A stretch of DNA of 63,922 bases, filler included, from Olpidium bornovanus S191 (Eukaryota; Fungi; Olpidiomycota): NCBI GenBank assembly GCA_017911155.1. It is 25 parts of 25 records of this genome, joined end to end, with 100 filler letters (N's around TTAATTAATTAA, not from the genome) between each part and the next. Parts side by side here need not be neighbours in the genome. Positions count along the whole stretch, not along the records: positions 61,547 to 62,817 come from JAEFCI010003441.1; positions 62,918 to 63,922 come from JAEFCI010013520.1; 23 more parts are not named here. The stretch is one strand, 5' to 3'. The notes under the pieces were generated by a model. That model made no database searches and was not told where the DNA came from. It worked only from the letters and a program-made list of their open reading frames with translations. The position numbers were made by a program, and so were the translations under genes. Below are positions 61,789 to 63,922 of the stretch, piece after piece; position 1 is the stretch's first letter; every line of letters starts with the position of its first letter.

Positions 61789-62087
61789 GTGACAAAGAGT
61801 ATGAGCACCACGCCGTGACAAAGAGTATGAGCACCAAAGGAAGATCCCCTGCAACAGAGGAACGAATGGGGAGAAGTGTTGTGAACCATATGATGTGCTC
61901 TATGGGTCACGTGATCATAAATGTGCTACTCTTAAGGGGGGAGGAGCCGGCACGAGCGCGTCTCCGCCCTCCCACGCGCAGAAAAGCAAACAGTTGAACA
62001 GGGAACCGTCTTTCCCTTCTGGCAGATCCTCGCGCAGAAAAGCAAACAGATGAACAGGGAACCGTCTTTCCCTTTTGGCAGATCCTC
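61789..62087. repeat. Two short tandem duplications (26-bp and 56-bp periods)
   Basis: GTGACAAAGAGTATGAGCACCA at 61789 and 61815; near-identical 56-bp units starting at 61975 and 62031. Confidence 0.9.
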
Positions 62088-62710
62088 TGTTCAGCTTCCG
62101 TTCAAAAAACACTGACTAAAAAGCGTCTGCAAAAGCTGAGTAGGACGGCCAGAGAGTAAACAACACACGTGCGGGACGACCTCTTTTTGGAAATTACTCG
62201 CAACCGGAATTTCAATGCTCCAATGCGCCACATCCACCAAAGAAACTGTACTCGCCGCAGTTGGTCTTGCTGCCGCCGATCTTGTTGTGGATGGAGTCGC
62301 AGAAAGGGGCACCTGCTTGGTCGTGTGCCCCCTGCGGCCGCCGTGAAGAAAACGGAGGGTATCCCGAGCCCCGGGCTCTGTGACAGAGATGACGTCGTAG
62401 AGTCACGCATTTTCGGGACCGCGGTAATCTGCTTTGTTCGCCTCCTAGTTTCTAAGACCGGGCACGGACACACCAAGGAACTCTGACGCCTTGTTTGCCG
62501 AAAGCAGCATGGAAGGGTCGGTGTGCGGTCGTTGCGGGCGGTGTGTGCGGTGGCAGGTGGTACAATCCAACTGGTTGCTTGGCGCGGCGGGGGTGCGCTT
62601 GTTGCGGTGGTTTGGCTACATGAGAATGCGGCGCGGATTATATGCGTCTGGATTGTTGTGACACCTTTTCCTTGCTGCATCACGTGAAAAAAATTGCCGG
62701 CCTGTCCACT

Positions 62711-62815
<105 letters not shown>

Positions 62816-63922
62816 TCNNNNNNNNNNNNNNNNNNNNNNNNNNNNNNNNNNNNNNNNNNNNTTAATTAATTAANNNNNNNNNNNNNNNNNNNNNNNNNNN
62901 NNNNNNNNNNNNNNNNNAGTCGCAACGACGCGGTTGGTGGGGGAGTCGGACACCCCAGGGATTTTTCTGAGCCCACCTCTCTCCGCGGGTCCCCCTCCCC
63001 CCCTACCGTATTCGGCACAACTTTGTTCTTGGCATGACGGGCCAAACAAGTATCGGGTAAAACTCAATTATTGAAGTCCCGTCGAGTTGAGAATGGAGGG
63101 AACATTGCGGGAAAAGGAACAAAATAAAAAAAAAGAGGGACGAAGGTTGGCACCCACCTGCCCTTCTCCTCCTCCCGCGTCCGACGACTGGGCAGGGCGG
63201 GCGGAGAAAGAGGGGGAAGGGGGTGATAGAGTGGGGGGAGGTGGGGGGAAGAGGGGGAAGGTAACAGTAACGAAACGTGACGAGCGGGACAGACATTAAA
63301 TAAAGGTCTGAAAGGGCGCCGTGTGCGACAGCGGAACCCTTTCACAAAAAATTAGTTACGAAATAAATAAGTGAGAAATTTGCTTGGGGAGATGGTTTTT
63401 TTTTGGAAGGGGGTACGTTGCGGGAGGTGGCCGGGGGAAAAAGATGAAACCAAAAGATAAAAGTCTGTCGAACTGGAGTGAGCTCTTGGGTGGATTGAAA
63501 AATTGAAAATAGGAGAGGTGGTTTTTTGGGGGGCTTTTTTTTCCGCGAAAAGGAAGGGGGAAAGTGGGAAAGAGGCGGGTTCCCTGGCACGGGCGGGGTC
63601 CCGCCGTCTCTTTCTCGTTTCATCTGCGCCCCATCTCCTTGTAGCGGACGTAGGAGTAGTAGGAGCTCCCGAGGAGGGAAAGGAGTATGCCGGTGCCGTT
63701 CTGCGTGTGGGAAAGAAGACCACGAACCGGAGGGGGAAAAAAACCGCGGCAGGGAGGGAAGTGTGAGAAAGGTGGGGGGGTTTCACGTTAAACACGTCCG
63801 CCATGTGTTTTTTTTGTGTGCGCAAAACTCTCACACACAGACACACACACACACAAAAACCACCCCAGCGGATTCTCTCTCACCGTGGCGGAGATCGGGT
63901 TCCGGAAGCAGAACGCGGCGAT

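Overview
Eukaryotic (fungal) draft-assembly window: 25 short, unlinked contigs joined by 24 artificial 100-bp spacers (N44-TTAATTAATTAA-N44), so gene neighbourhoods across spacers are not meaningful. Intron-rich, GC-rich genes are recognisable by translation: NSUN7-like m5C methyltransferase, glutathione synthetase, SWD1/RBBP5, Ptc6-like PP2C, Ych1/Cdc25-like rhodanese phosphatase, sperm-tail PG-rich (SHIPPO) repeat protein, seryl-tRNA synthetase, kinesin-13, a homeodomain factor, an F-box/LRR protein, lipin, cytochrome c oxidase subunit IV, Ede1/Eps15, an alpha-arrestin and ATP-citrate lyase. The cilium-associated genes suggest a zoosporic fungus (Olpidium-like; inference only). There are many decayed transposons (copia, gypsy/chromovirus, FAR1-type MULE, two Tc1/IS630-like transposases), and two LTR insertions sit inside DNA-transposon genes. 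The best leads are a secreted precursor with X-Pro dipeptides and KK-delimited GYGG(G)YG repeats, an NSUN7 homolog lacking both catalytic cysteines, and an RPS25 pseudogene next to a gypsy remnant. No rRNA, tRNA or CRISPR array is supported. All family calls come from motif recognition, not database searches.
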